A DNA stretch of 64,000 bases from a virus: positions 314,367 to 378,366 of IMG/VR virus record IMGVR_UViG_3300029288_006769. One strand, written 5' to 3'. This document shows positions 29,801-37,501 of the stretch, piece after piece (the first letter of the stretch is position 1; the number at the start of each line of letters is the position of its first letter). The notes under the pieces were generated by a model that saw only the letters and a list, made by a program, of their open reading frames with translations, was not told the DNA's origin and did no database searches. The position numbers and the translations under genes were made by a program.

Positions 29801-30397
29801 TTGACCTTGGAAACCAGTTAAACCTTGTATACCTTGAAGTCCAGTAAAACCTTGCAACCCAGTGTTTCCTTGAGTGCCAAGTCCTGTTTCTCCTTGTGGT
29901 CCTTGTAAACCTGTTGCACCTTGTGTTCCTAACCCTGTCTCACCTTGTAGACCATTTAACCCTGTTGCACCTGGTAAACCAGTAGCTCCTTGTTCACCAC
30001 CCCCAGGACCTGTCACACCTTGGACACCAGTATCGCCTTTAAGACCTGTTTCACCTTGAACACCTGAGAGGCCAGTATCCCCTTGAATGCCTGGTAAACC
30101 AGTGACACCCTGTTCTCCACCTCCAGGACCTGTTACACCTTGAATACCTGTTTCACCCTGTATCCCTTGCGAGCCCGTCGAGCCTTGTATACCTGTACTA
30201 CCTTGGTTACCTATATTCCCTTGTAAGCCTGTTGCTCCCTGGGGGCCCATCTGACCCGAAACGCCCGTCTGGCCTTGTAGTCCTGTATTGCCTTGAATAC
30301 CAGTCTGACCTTGTAGACCCGTGTTTCCTTGGATTCCTGTTTGACCTTGCGGGCCAGTATCCCCATTCTTCCAACTTGATCTTGAAAAATGAGACAT
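26834..30397 (-). CDS. Collagen-like fibre protein 3 with internal beta-rich globular domain
   Basis: Two G-x-T-G-x-Q blocks flanking DTKEPTGF...SIFGSR domain; ends PDNAIYIQYI. Confidence 0.9.
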   Translation of the reverse strand: MSHFSRSSWKNGDTGPQGQTGIQGNTGLQGQTGIQGNTGLQGQTGVSGQMGPQGATGLQGNIGNQGSTGIQGSTGSQGIQGETGIQGVTGPGGGEQGVTGLPGIQGDTGLSGVQGETGLKGDTGVQGVTGPGGGEQGATGLPGATGLNGLQGETGLGTQGATGLQGPQGETGLGTQGNTGLQGFTGLQGIQGLTGFQGQTGTQGLQGETGLQGSQGETGLQGNTGLQGNQGNTGVQGVQGQTGIQGNTGLEGQQGITGLEGATGLQGHTGLQGSTGLEGQTGLSGIQGNTGVQGATGLSGYQGQTGLQGDTGIKGDQGNTGLQGLQGDTGLQGITGLQGNQGGTGIQGNTGLQGAQGQTGVNGIQGETGLQGQTGLAGVNGNQGETGLTGSQGNTGLTGAQGNTGLNGLQGVTGLQGEDGLEGPQGVQGETGLQGDTGLQGNQGNTGLEGQQGVTGLEGTTGLQGQTGIQGATGLQGVQGATGLQGQTGSQGIQGSTGLQGTTGLSGSNGAQGETGLQGNTGLQGSQGNTGLQGQTGVNGLQGETGVQGNTGIQGETGVFDSTILNDTKEPTGFLSPENITVTYDSTARTITLTGSSITLYWRGTKVWDGITTWTSDSHTDSDNTWFLYYNGSSFIWSSSIWSYDMAQIAFVNYYTAVKFGLREVHGLMPWESHRTFHNTIGTYRRSGGDISGYVIDGATDADNRPAVGATYIEDEDLLTTLNSLADNGPYTLFYLSGSGATAVFTLTDPNIVPLVGGTIAYNQFTGGTWQQTVLPSNNWMNVWLVAVPVTADSGSQSYRFLWVQGQQTYTNSASSSCLTEDPRNLSFGTFSSPEYVIIAQISLQRTGALTGSFVIKNVKSIFGSRTSPASAGAVGAQGETGLQGVTGVQGLTGVQGLTGLIGATGLQGVQGNTGLQGQTGVQGDTGLQGTTGLAGIQGNTGLQGETGINGQQGSTGLQGVTGLQGTTGLQGAQGETGIQGETGFQGTTGLEGVQGETGLQGETGLQGIQGETGTQGTTGLQGAQGETGLQGLQGNTGVQGETGLQGSQGETGVQGTTGLEGETGSQGTTGLQGIQGETGLEGIEGDTGLQGETGLEGLQGETGLQGETGLQGNQGATGVQGIQGQTGLQGQTGIAGAQGVTGLQGIQGQTGIQGVTGILGLNVTSGTSAPPSPAGYPDNAIYIQYI

Positions 30398-30399
30398 TT

Positions 30400-30732
30400 T
30401 TATTCCTCGGTCTCTAAATTAAAATGACCAATAATTCGAACATCTGTCAAACTTCCTGTACTTATCAAAGAAATCCCAGTAGCCTGTTTAATTTTCTTGT
30501 CAGCAGCATAATATTGTTTAGGATAAATCGGAATACCCGATGTTAAAGTAGCAACTCCCCCTGAAATATTTAAAAAAATAGTAGCAGTTTCAGAATTGTT
30601 TGCTATTTCAAAAGCAACAACATCTTGGGAAAAATTAATAGTACTACTTGTCAAACCAATCAATCTTGACATATCTTCAGAATCTACAGTTTGGTCTTGA
30701 CGTACTGGCATCGAACGACTATATTCTGCCAT
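30400..30732 (-). CDS. Small beta-rich virion-associated protein
   Basis: AGGAG RBS; directly upstream of fibre 3. Confidence 0.55.
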   Translation of the reverse strand: MAEYSRSMPVRQDQTVDSEDMSRLIGLTSSTINFSQDVVAFEIANNSETATIFLNISGGVATLTSGIPIYPKQYYAADKKIKQATGISLISTGSLTDVRIIGHFNLETEE

Positions 30733-30741
30733 ATTTTCTCC

Positions 30742-31386
30742 TTAAAACCTTGTTCCCTTATCTTCTAAGAACTTTTTCATCATATGCATTATTGCTAAAA
30801 CTGCTGCATCATTTTTGTTTCGCATCGAATTCCAAATTTTTTCTACAGTCACACCAGGATTTAAAAGATTTATTGTCTGTTTTGAATTCATTGCTTGTTC
30901 TGATAAAAGTTCTATGATTGCTTCTATTTTTATGTTTACATTCTCTATTGATTCATTTGAGTCTTTAATTTTCCTATTTAAAATCGATATACTATTTTTT
31001 AGAATTTTTAAAGCTTCTTCTGATTGTGTTTCTTTTTCATCAACCTGAACTTCTAAATCTTTATGATATTCGACTAATTCTTTTAAAGTATCTTCAATTA
31101 AAACAAATTTTTCGTTTTTCTTTACAAGTCCTTCAATTGTTTTTTGATTCTCAGTTTGTTTCTCAACAAGTTCTTCTACTGTTTTTTTGAGATTCGAAAT
31201 CTCTTGTCCTTCATGTCCGCTAAGATATGCTTCAGCTATTTGTTGTTTACTCAAACCCAATTCTTCAAGAGTTTTCAGATCGCTTGAATAAATTATGCCT
31301 GAATGCTTGTCATAACAAAAATTCAAATATTTCTTAAAAAACCCAATTTTAAAACTAGTACCAACTTTGTACGAATACATACTCAT
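30742..31386 (-). CDS. Coiled-coil protein
   Basis: Heptad-rich central region. Confidence 0.6.
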   Translation of the reverse strand: MSMYSYKVGTSFKIGFFKKYLNFCYDKHSGIIYSSDLKTLEELGLSKQQIAEAYLSGHEGQEISNLKKTVEELVEKQTENQKTIEGLVKKNEKFVLIEDTLKELVEYHKDLEVQVDEKETQSEEALKILKNSISILNRKIKDSNESIENVNIKIEAIIELLSEQAMNSKQTINLLNPGVTVEKIWNSMRNKNDAAVLAIMHMMKKFLEDKGTRF

Positions 31387-31412
31387 CTTCCTTAATTTTT
31401 TAATTAATTTTT

Positions 31413-32303
31413 TTAATATGTATAGCCAAACAAACCAGACTCATATCCCTGATTACTAACTTCTGTGTGATATGCTGTAACAGTAACTGTTGTTCCTGCA
31501 GGACATTGAACTGATTTGTCTGAGAAGTCAAACAAAACATTACGATTATTCCAACTATTGCGCAAAGCACAAATAGTTATTCCATTTAATTTCACTCTAA
31601 AAAGAGCATCAGCAGTACCTGTACAAAAAATTCTTTCAAGATAATAAGCTGCAGCATTAACATAAGAAAGTATTGTTGTCTCTGTGTTCGGGACAACAAC
31701 TGGTGTTTCAACAAAACTACGAATTCTAGATACAGTTGAAGGATCTTCAGAAACTATCAATCGTCTATTATTGTCGACAAGTAAATACTCTAATGTAGTG
31801 CCATCAGATAGAGCAGCGACTTTTACATTTTCAAGTGTAATATCGCCAATAGTTACACTAGCATCAACTTTTAACTTACCATCATCGGTTATTAGAAGTT
31901 TTTGCCAATGTTGTGAAGTTTCATCCCAGGCAAATACATGGGAATTAGCTTCCTGTTGTTCACCTTCAAGATGAAAATCTACCGTTGCAGGATATATTGT
32001 AGCATAAGGAGAAAGATTGATATCACTCTCTACATAAGAAGGATCTATAGCTGTAAGTTTGAAATAATATCGAACATTTGGTGGTACAGGTACATCAGAA
32101 TCTTTTACAAGAGTACAAACTTTATTTTTGTAATTTTTGTCAACTAGATTAGGAATACCAGTTTTTACTAATGTGTAAATACCTGCAGGAGTAGCAGAAC
32201 TATAAAGATTATAGCTTTTTGCTTCAGACTTAGTTAAAGGGATCCAGCCAAAAAATATATCCCCATTTCGACGGTACAAAACTTGTAATCTAGGTGCCGC
32301 CAT
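31413..32303 (-). CDS. FN3/Ig-like virion protein
   Basis: SYNLYSS..P.GIYTLV...YYFKLTAID; paralog of 32422..32853. Confidence 0.55.
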   Translation of the reverse strand: MAAPRLQVLYRRNGDIFFGWIPLTKSEAKSYNLYSSATPAGIYTLVKTGIPNLVDKNYKNKVCTLVKDSDVPVPPNVRYYFKLTAIDPSYVESDINLSPYATIYPATVDFHLEGEQQEANSHVFAWDETSQHWQKLLITDDGKLKVDASVTIGDITLENVKVAALSDGTTLEYLLVDNNRRLIVSEDPSTVSRIRSFVETPVVVPNTETTILSYVNAAAYYLERIFCTGTADALFRVKLNGITICALRNSWNNRNVLFDFSDKSVQCPAGTTVTVTAYHTEVSNQGYESGLFGYTY

Positions 32304-32366
32304 TTTACTTCTCCTTCGGTTGGCAAAGACGTGTGTTCGTCTATTTCTTGTTAGTCCGAAGTTCTT

Positions 32367-32394
32367 AAAAAAGGGTTAGATTCCTCTAACCCTT
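32367..32394 (-). terminator. Intrinsic terminator
   Basis: aagggttaga/tctaaccctt stem with minus-strand U-tract. Confidence 0.7.
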
Positions 32395-32421
32395 AATATT
32401 CAAAGAACTTTCAAATCAAAA

Positions 32422-32853
32422 TTATGTGCCAACTGTTGTTGTCACAACATTCCCGTCAGCATCAACAGAAACAGGTATAAATCTTTGTGTATCTTTATTA
32501 AAACCATATACGACTGAAAACTCTTTAGGGATAATTGTCTCTACTCTCGTTGGAATTGTCAAAGGTCCTTCCATTGCACCTTCAGTTCCTCCAGTAACAG
32601 GAGCGAGTTCTATATAATTCCTTGCATTGTCGTCCCAATTAACAAGAGTTTCAGTACTGAATTCGAAAACAATTTTGCCTCTAGTAGCAGGTGCATTTGA
32701 TGGCTGATTAACAGCAGAGCCAAACAAAGTGTAGACACCACTCGGAGCATCTGAATAATAGAAATTAAAAGAATCTACACCCGCTCTATAATCGACAAAA
32801 AGACGAATCAATTGTCTCAACCTATAAATTATCTGTACACCTTGTATTGCCAT
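32422..32853 (-). CDS. FN3/Ig-like virion protein
   Basis: SFNFYYSDAPSGVYTLF; paralog of N-terminus of 31413..32303. Confidence 0.55.
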   Translation of the reverse strand: MAIQGVQIIYRLRQLIRLFVDYRAGVDSFNFYYSDAPSGVYTLFGSAVNQPSNAPATRGKIVFEFSTETLVNWDDNARNYIELAPVTGGTEGAMEGPLTIPTRVETIIPKEFSVVYGFNKDTQRFIPVSVDADGNVVTTTVGT

Positions 32854-33522
32854 TTATGCTTCCTGGCTTGTTGTTTCTAATTTTCTACGTCTTCTTATGC
32901 GTTTTTCAATTTCCTGACTTATTTGTTCTTTAGCTTCATGCTTTTTTTCATCAAAATTTGGAGTTGCCAATTGGATATCATCAGCTCCTATTTCTTTTGC
33001 AAGATTTGCTATAACATCTTTCTTAGGTGGCTCTACTACAACTTCTCTTCTTGCTTGAGTTTGAATTGGACTCCTAAGAAGCTCATCAGGCCCTTTTGTT
33101 GTAACATCAGCTTGACGTTCTCTCATTCTTCGTTCAGCTGCATTAAAATTTGGTATTACAGGTTTATCTTCTTCTTTCTGTTTTTGCATCGGAGCTTTAG
33201 GTTTAAAACTTTTTCCAGCTTGACGAGATTCTAGACTTTTGTTTGTTTCCTTTGCATCAACAGAAGTTTTTATTGGTGTTTTCTTTTGAAGAACAATCTC
33301 TTCTTTTTCTTCTATGGGTTTAGATTTAGGAATTGAAATATACTGTGATGCTTCCTCCTCTGTGACTTCTGTCATCCATTTTGCTTTCAGAGAAGCTGAA
33401 ATCCCTTTTGAAGCATCACAAGTATATTTATCAAAATAAAAATACTCATCAGTCTGTATTTTTCTGTTCAAATCCGTTAGTCTAAAGCCACCTAACCGAT
33501 TACACTTGAAGAAACGATACAT
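32854..33522 (-). CDS. Hypothetical protein
   Basis: GGAG RBS; charged low-complexity C-terminus. Confidence 0.6.
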   Translation of the reverse strand: MYRFFKCNRLGGFRLTDLNRKIQTDEYFYFDKYTCDASKGISASLKAKWMTEVTEEEASQYISIPKSKPIEEKEEIVLQKKTPIKTSVDAKETNKSLESRQAGKSFKPKAPMQKQKEEDKPVIPNFNAAERRMRERQADVTTKGPDELLRSPIQTQARREVVVEPPKKDVIANLAKEIGADDIQLATPNFDEKKHEAKEQISQEIEKRIRRRRKLETTSQEA

Positions 33523-33560
33523 ATTAATCTCCCTAAATCTTAATTTTAATTTTTTATAGA

Positions 33561-34079
33561 TTATGCTGTTGCTGCTTTACCGATTTCATTTCTCTTATCA
33601 TCAAATGTACCAGGACCAATAGAAATCCATTCTTCATCACCTAATTGAGATGAAGCAAAAGCCGCAGGATCATCTTTATTCGGATCATGTTCAATTGGAT
33701 GTGATGCCTCTTTACCAGCAGGATCTAACCAATCTTCGGTGCCCATCTCCATAGACATAGGATCATCAGTGTCTTCCCAAGCTTTTTCTTCATCGTAGTC
33801 ATCATCAGCCATTTCTTCAACGCCCGACTGATATGCTTCTTCCATTTTACCAAGAGCTTCAAGTTCTCTTGAAATTCTCATAAGTTTCTTGGCAAGTCTC
33901 TTTTTTCTGTTTGCAATGGAAGCAGCTCTATGAGCAGGATCTCTCTTGTCATTACCCCAGTTATTCTCCGGAGCAACTTCTTGTTCATGATCCAATCCAA
34001 CCTGCGGTCCATCATAACCAATCGCTTCACGGCATGCGCCAATCTCATCGAGATATGAAGCCTGTTTCTTTTCCATCAT
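33561..34079 (-). CDS. Acidic probable internal head protein
   Basis: KKQAS, HRAAS, KEAS sites; LMRISREL helix; AGGAGG RBS. Confidence 0.5.
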   Translation of the reverse strand: MMEKKQASYLDEIGACREAIGYDGPQVGLDHEQEVAPENNWGNDKRDPAHRAASIANRKKRLAKKLMRISRELEALGKMEEAYQSGVEEMADDDYDEEKAWEDTDDPMSMEMGTEDWLDPAGKEASHPIEHDPNKDDPAAFASSQLGDEEWISIGPGTFDDKRNEIGKAATA

Positions 34080-34120
34080 TATCCTCCTTAGGAAATGTCT
34101 TAATTTGTTTTATGTGAAAA

Positions 34121-34411
34121 TCATCCAAAACGATGATAATGTCTTAATCCTCTACGACGTTTTAATTGTGTTCTATGTATTGAACGATATCTTTTCATTC
34201 TTGTTCTTAATTTTTGTCTATGTGTTTTATAGTAGAGTTTTCTCTTTGTTCTTGTAGTTCCTCTACTTTTTCTTGGCCTTTTAATTCTAAATCGATAACG
34301 AGCTGCCACTTCCATTGCAACTTTATCAAGTATGTCAGCTAGATCTGCGCGATTATATTTGTCTTCTAATTCGTCAGCATAATCATGCAATTTTGCTAGA
34401 ATAGAGAACAT
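34121..34411 (-). CDS. Arg/Lys-rich protamine-like protein with acidic N-terminal helix
   Basis: GGAGG RBS before MFSILAKLHDYADELE...DKVAMEVAA, then a very basic tail. Confidence 0.6.
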   Translation of the reverse strand: MFSILAKLHDYADELEDKYNRADLADILDKVAMEVAARYRFRIKRPRKSRGTTRTKRKLYYKTHRQKLRTRMKRYRSIHRTQLKRRRGLRHYHRFG

Positions 34412-35432
34412 CAGTCGCCTCCGAATCATATCTATATAAAAAATTAAAACAAGACAAAATCTCATTACAAGTACAAGCAAATTTCATTTTATAGACACAT
34501 AATTCATCTACAATAGCAAAATCTAATTTGTTTTGTTGACAAAACTTTCTTGCGGCATCGAATTTTAAATGATTATTTTCAGTATCTATAAAAACACTTG
34601 GTTTTATTTCGATTAAAATGCAATTATTTTTAAGACAAATTAAAACATCAGGAACATAATTTCTTATATAATCTTTTAGATAAGGTATACGAATAGGTTC
34701 GACATAATAACCAATAACATCATCAAATTTTTCTAAAGATTCGAATACTTGTAATTCCAGACTTGATCTATAATAAAATTTTAAATTGTTCTTATGTGAT
34801 TTGAAAAACCCAGTTTTGTATTTTGAACGTTTATCTATTTTTTCTAACATTTTTGCTGAAGCAATTGAAATCTTTGATCTTGCTTCTAAAGTATGATGTT
34901 TGCCAAAAAAACCATTATTTTTTCCAGAATTAGCTTTACTTATTTTTTGCTTTGTATCATAAGAATGATAATAACCATTTTGTTCGGCAGTTTTCTTTCT
35001 TGTTTTTTTATTTTTTTCAATTGCATCTAGAGTTGGTTTTTTCCCAAACATCCAACTCCCAAATTTTCTATCTTTTGCTATTTTAGACATTTTCTTTGAG
35101 AATTTTAAAAGTCTTGTATCAGTTTCTTTTGTTAAACCCTTAGACCATGATACATGACCTTCGTGTTTTCTGCCCTTGTTACTTCTAGAAATAGCTTGAT
35201 TATGTTGAGTCGTATTAGATTTGTGTCTTCTTGCATGCCCTTTTATAAACTTTATTCCAAGTCTCATTTTCTCCCAAGAAATAATTTTCCCGCATCCGCA
35301 AAGACAATAACAAAAAGTTGATTCTAAAGTCTTTCTACAATTATCACAAAATTTTGTCCGATTTGAATTTGCTTGGAATTCATTAGAACATTTAGAGCAA
35401 ACTTTGCGAATTTTATTTTTTAGAACTCTCAT
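34383..35432 (-). CDS. Free-standing homing endonuclease: NUMOD3 repeats + TnsA-like PD-(D/E)xK domain
   Basis: GKHHTLEARSKIS; YRSSLE...EP.RIPY...YVPDV...IEIKP. Confidence 0.8.
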   Translation of the reverse strand: MRVLKNKIRKVCSKCSNEFQANSNRTKFCDNCRKTLESTFCYCLCGCGKIISWEKMRLGIKFIKGHARRHKSNTTQHNQAISRSNKGRKHEGHVSWSKGLTKETDTRLLKFSKKMSKIAKDRKFGSWMFGKKPTLDAIEKNKKTRKKTAEQNGYYHSYDTKQKISKANSGKNNGFFGKHHTLEARSKISIASAKMLEKIDKRSKYKTGFFKSHKNNLKFYYRSSLELQVFESLEKFDDVIGYYVEPIRIPYLKDYIRNYVPDVLICLKNNCILIEIKPSVFIDTENNHLKFDAARKFCQQNKLDFAIVDELCVYKMKFACTCNEILSCFNFLYRYDSEATDVLYSSKIA

Positions 35433-35787
35433 TTTTGCTCTTCTTGATCTTTTCTTCCATTTGTTTTAATAAAGTATAATAAAGTTCCCCATCTGATTCT
35501 GCAAGATGGTCCAAGGCAATTCGCTTTGTTACATCTTCATCAGGTGTATGCTCTTTCTCTACTTCAATCCCCATTTTCAATTCATTTTGATCGACATCTT
35601 CTTCACTAATCCCTTTTTCATTTGCTCTCCCGCTTGTAAGAAATGTTACAAACTTTGTTGCAAGTTTATAAATTTCAGCTTCAACTTCATGCACATCATA
35701 ATCCTGAGCTTCTGCCCATGCATGCAGATCAGCATCTTTAGGGTTAGGATTAAGTTTTAGAAAAAATATTATGTCTTCTCTTAACAT
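35413..35787 (-). CDS. DUF5661-like phage protein
   Basis: ELKMGIEVEKEHT...IALDHLAE...YYTLL..ME. Confidence 0.7.
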   Translation of the reverse strand: MLREDIIFFLKLNPNPKDADLHAWAEAQDYDVHEVEAEIYKLATKFVTFLTSGRANEKGISEEDVDQNELKMGIEVEKEHTPDEDVTKRIALDHLAESDGELYYTLLKQMEEKIKKSKNESSKK

Positions 35788-35822
35788 TATAAAACCTCTT
35801 ACAAGTTATTAGAGCACTACTA

Positions 35823-35837
35823 ATAAAAACAGTAGAA
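35823..35837 (-). promoter_or_regulatory. Phage promoter motif copy
   Basis: + strand ataaaaacagtagaa, identical to 4833 copy. Confidence 0.65.
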
Positions 35838-35884
35838 TATTCAACATTAGAATGCAAATAAAATATGATGCAATTATTTCAAAC

Positions 35885-35916
35885 AAAAAGCCCCGCCTTG
35901 TTTCCAGGGCAGGGCT
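35885..35916 (-). terminator. Intrinsic terminator after MCP
   Basis: GC-rich stem agccccgccttg/cagggcagggct plus U-tract. Confidence 0.75.
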
Positions 35917-35940
35917 CAAAACTAATAATATTTCAATTAG

Positions 35941-36819
35941 TTATGGACGTGTAACTTCAATCAAGCTTACACCGCGCGGATTCCATACACCAATTCCGAT
36001 TTGTTCGAAAATTGACCAACCAATGAGGCGGTTATCCGGATCATCAGCGGGAAGAACTGTAATGTCAATTCTCTGCGGCATAACTGCAAGGAACTTCTCT
36101 TCGGTGCATACAAAGACTGTACCAATCGGAACTACCCTGCTAACAATGATATCGGCACCCCAGATCTGAGCCATCAAACCTGTGTTCAACAAACTCTTCT
36201 GAGTTACGGGGTCCAACTGGTCGCGACCAAACTTACGGATGTCAGAATAATCTCTGGCATTCATGAACAGACGTGCAACACGAAGGTCATGTTTCTCAAC
36301 TTCAGCAAAAGCATCAGCAAGCGCATCCCTGTCAAGAGACGGTGTTGCTGGTGTAACTGCGTTGAAAGGAAGACCAGTGTTTGGGTTGATCTGAGCAGCC
36401 GCAACTTGGAGGGCATTGAAACCAAGATCATCTTCACTTGCCTGGATGTCCTGTTTTGCCTTGTCCTGAGCACGGTCAATCAGATTGTACCGACGTTCTT
36501 TAATCTGGGTAAACGGAATTTTCGGGTTCGAAGCAAGTTCGAACAACGGAACGAGAATTCTTTTACCTTTGACGATAGTTTCTGGTGTCTGGCCTTCTTC
36601 ACCGATGACGATGGCCGGAACATCAACGTCTCTGTCATAGTACGGAAGAGCACCCTGAGGCAGAGGATCTACAACTGCTGCCCGACGGAACACACCCTCA
36701 TAGTCCAGACGTTCACGGAGGGGATTCTGCATCGATGCAGCAAGCTTCATCTTTCCTTCTGGGGAAAGCAAGAGCTTCTCAATGGCTCTTTCTTTGTCAG
36801 CTGCTGTCGTGATTTTCAT
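35941..36819 (-). CDS. Major capsid protein (HK97 fold)
   Basis: Follows protease, scaffold and decoration genes; VPLFELASNPKI...RYNLIDRAQ...IWGADIIVS...GWSIFEQIG...NPRGV. Confidence 0.85.
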   Translation of the reverse strand: MKITTAADKERAIEKLLLSPEGKMKLAASMQNPLRERLDYEGVFRRAAVVDPLPQGALPYYDRDVDVPAIVIGEEGQTPETIVKGKRILVPLFELASNPKIPFTQIKERRYNLIDRAQDKAKQDIQASEDDLGFNALQVAAAQINPNTGLPFNAVTPATPSLDRDALADAFAEVEKHDLRVARLFMNARDYSDIRKFGRDQLDPVTQKSLLNTGLMAQIWGADIIVSRVVPIGTVFVCTEEKFLAVMPQRIDITVLPADDPDNRLIGWSIFEQIGIGVWNPRGVSLIEVTRP

Positions 36820-36889
36820 GGAAATCTCCTTTAACTTACTGTTGCTTGTTTGTGAATACTTAGAACTTGTTACTTTTTGCGTCTTTCAG

Positions 36890-37378
36890 TTAGATCATCA
36901 GATCAAAACCAAGCCAAGGATCCGTCGGTGTCGGTGCCTTAGAGACACGACCAACGATATTGCTTGTTGTGTTTTCTGTTGTGAGAAGACCGAAATCACT
37001 AACATAGAGAAGAGCGCCAGCTACATAGGCGACATCGCCTGAATCAGCTTCATTGCGAGTCTCATAAATGTCAGTTTCAAACGATCCCATCGAACGCATA
37101 ACAGTAACTTTACCCGAAGCAACAGCTGGAGTATTTTCGAACGGTGAGCCTGCAGCATCGTTGAGAAAGATCCCGACAGCCGTATGGTCGTTACTGATAT
37201 CGACCTCGTAATTGTCGGAATACATCGCAACCATACCTGCCAGGACTCCGTCCGGTGTGTCAGCCGTAATCCGGGATGACGTAGCACCAGCAGCGCCATA
37301 GTTCTGACGAGTGAAGGCGCCAGGAGCCAATGTTGACAGAGAATTTCTGTCACCTGCGAACAGGATACGAAGTGCCAT
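36890..37378 (-). CDS. Head decoration/cement protein
   Basis: Directly upstream of MCP; ASGKVTV...YVAGALLYVS..GLLT. Confidence 0.7.
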   Translation of the reverse strand: MALRILFAGDRNSLSTLAPGAFTRQNYGAAGATSSRITADTPDGVLAGMVAMYSDNYEVDISNDHTAVGIFLNDAAGSPFENTPAVASGKVTVMRSMGSFETDIYETRNEADSGDVAYVAGALLYVSDFGLLTTENTTSNIVGRVSKAPTPTDPWLGFDLMI

Positions 37379-37447
37379 GGAACAACTCCTTACGTTAAGT
37401 TTTACTTTTGAAAACTAGCAGCACTACTGAACAGTTAATCTGAACTT

Positions 37448-37495
37448 ATAAAAGGTTTATAAAAGACAGAGGATTTCACCCCTGTCTTTTTATAA
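37448..37495 (-). promoter_or_regulatory. Hairpin overlapping a variant promoter motif upstream of decoration-MCP genes
   Basis: aaaagacag/ctgtctttt stem; ataaaaggtttataa at 37448-37462. Confidence 0.45.
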
Positions 37496-37501
37496 AACTT
37501 A

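Noticed and set aside
8169-30417. Long antisense and alternate-frame ORFs over the collagen genes (e.g. 9025..9954, 12520..13860)
   Set aside because: Shadows of the repetitive Gly-x-y codon pattern; no RBS or domain features
35941-36819. Cellular encapsulin
   Set aside because: Embedded in a TerL-portal-protease-scaffold module, so it is a phage capsid protein
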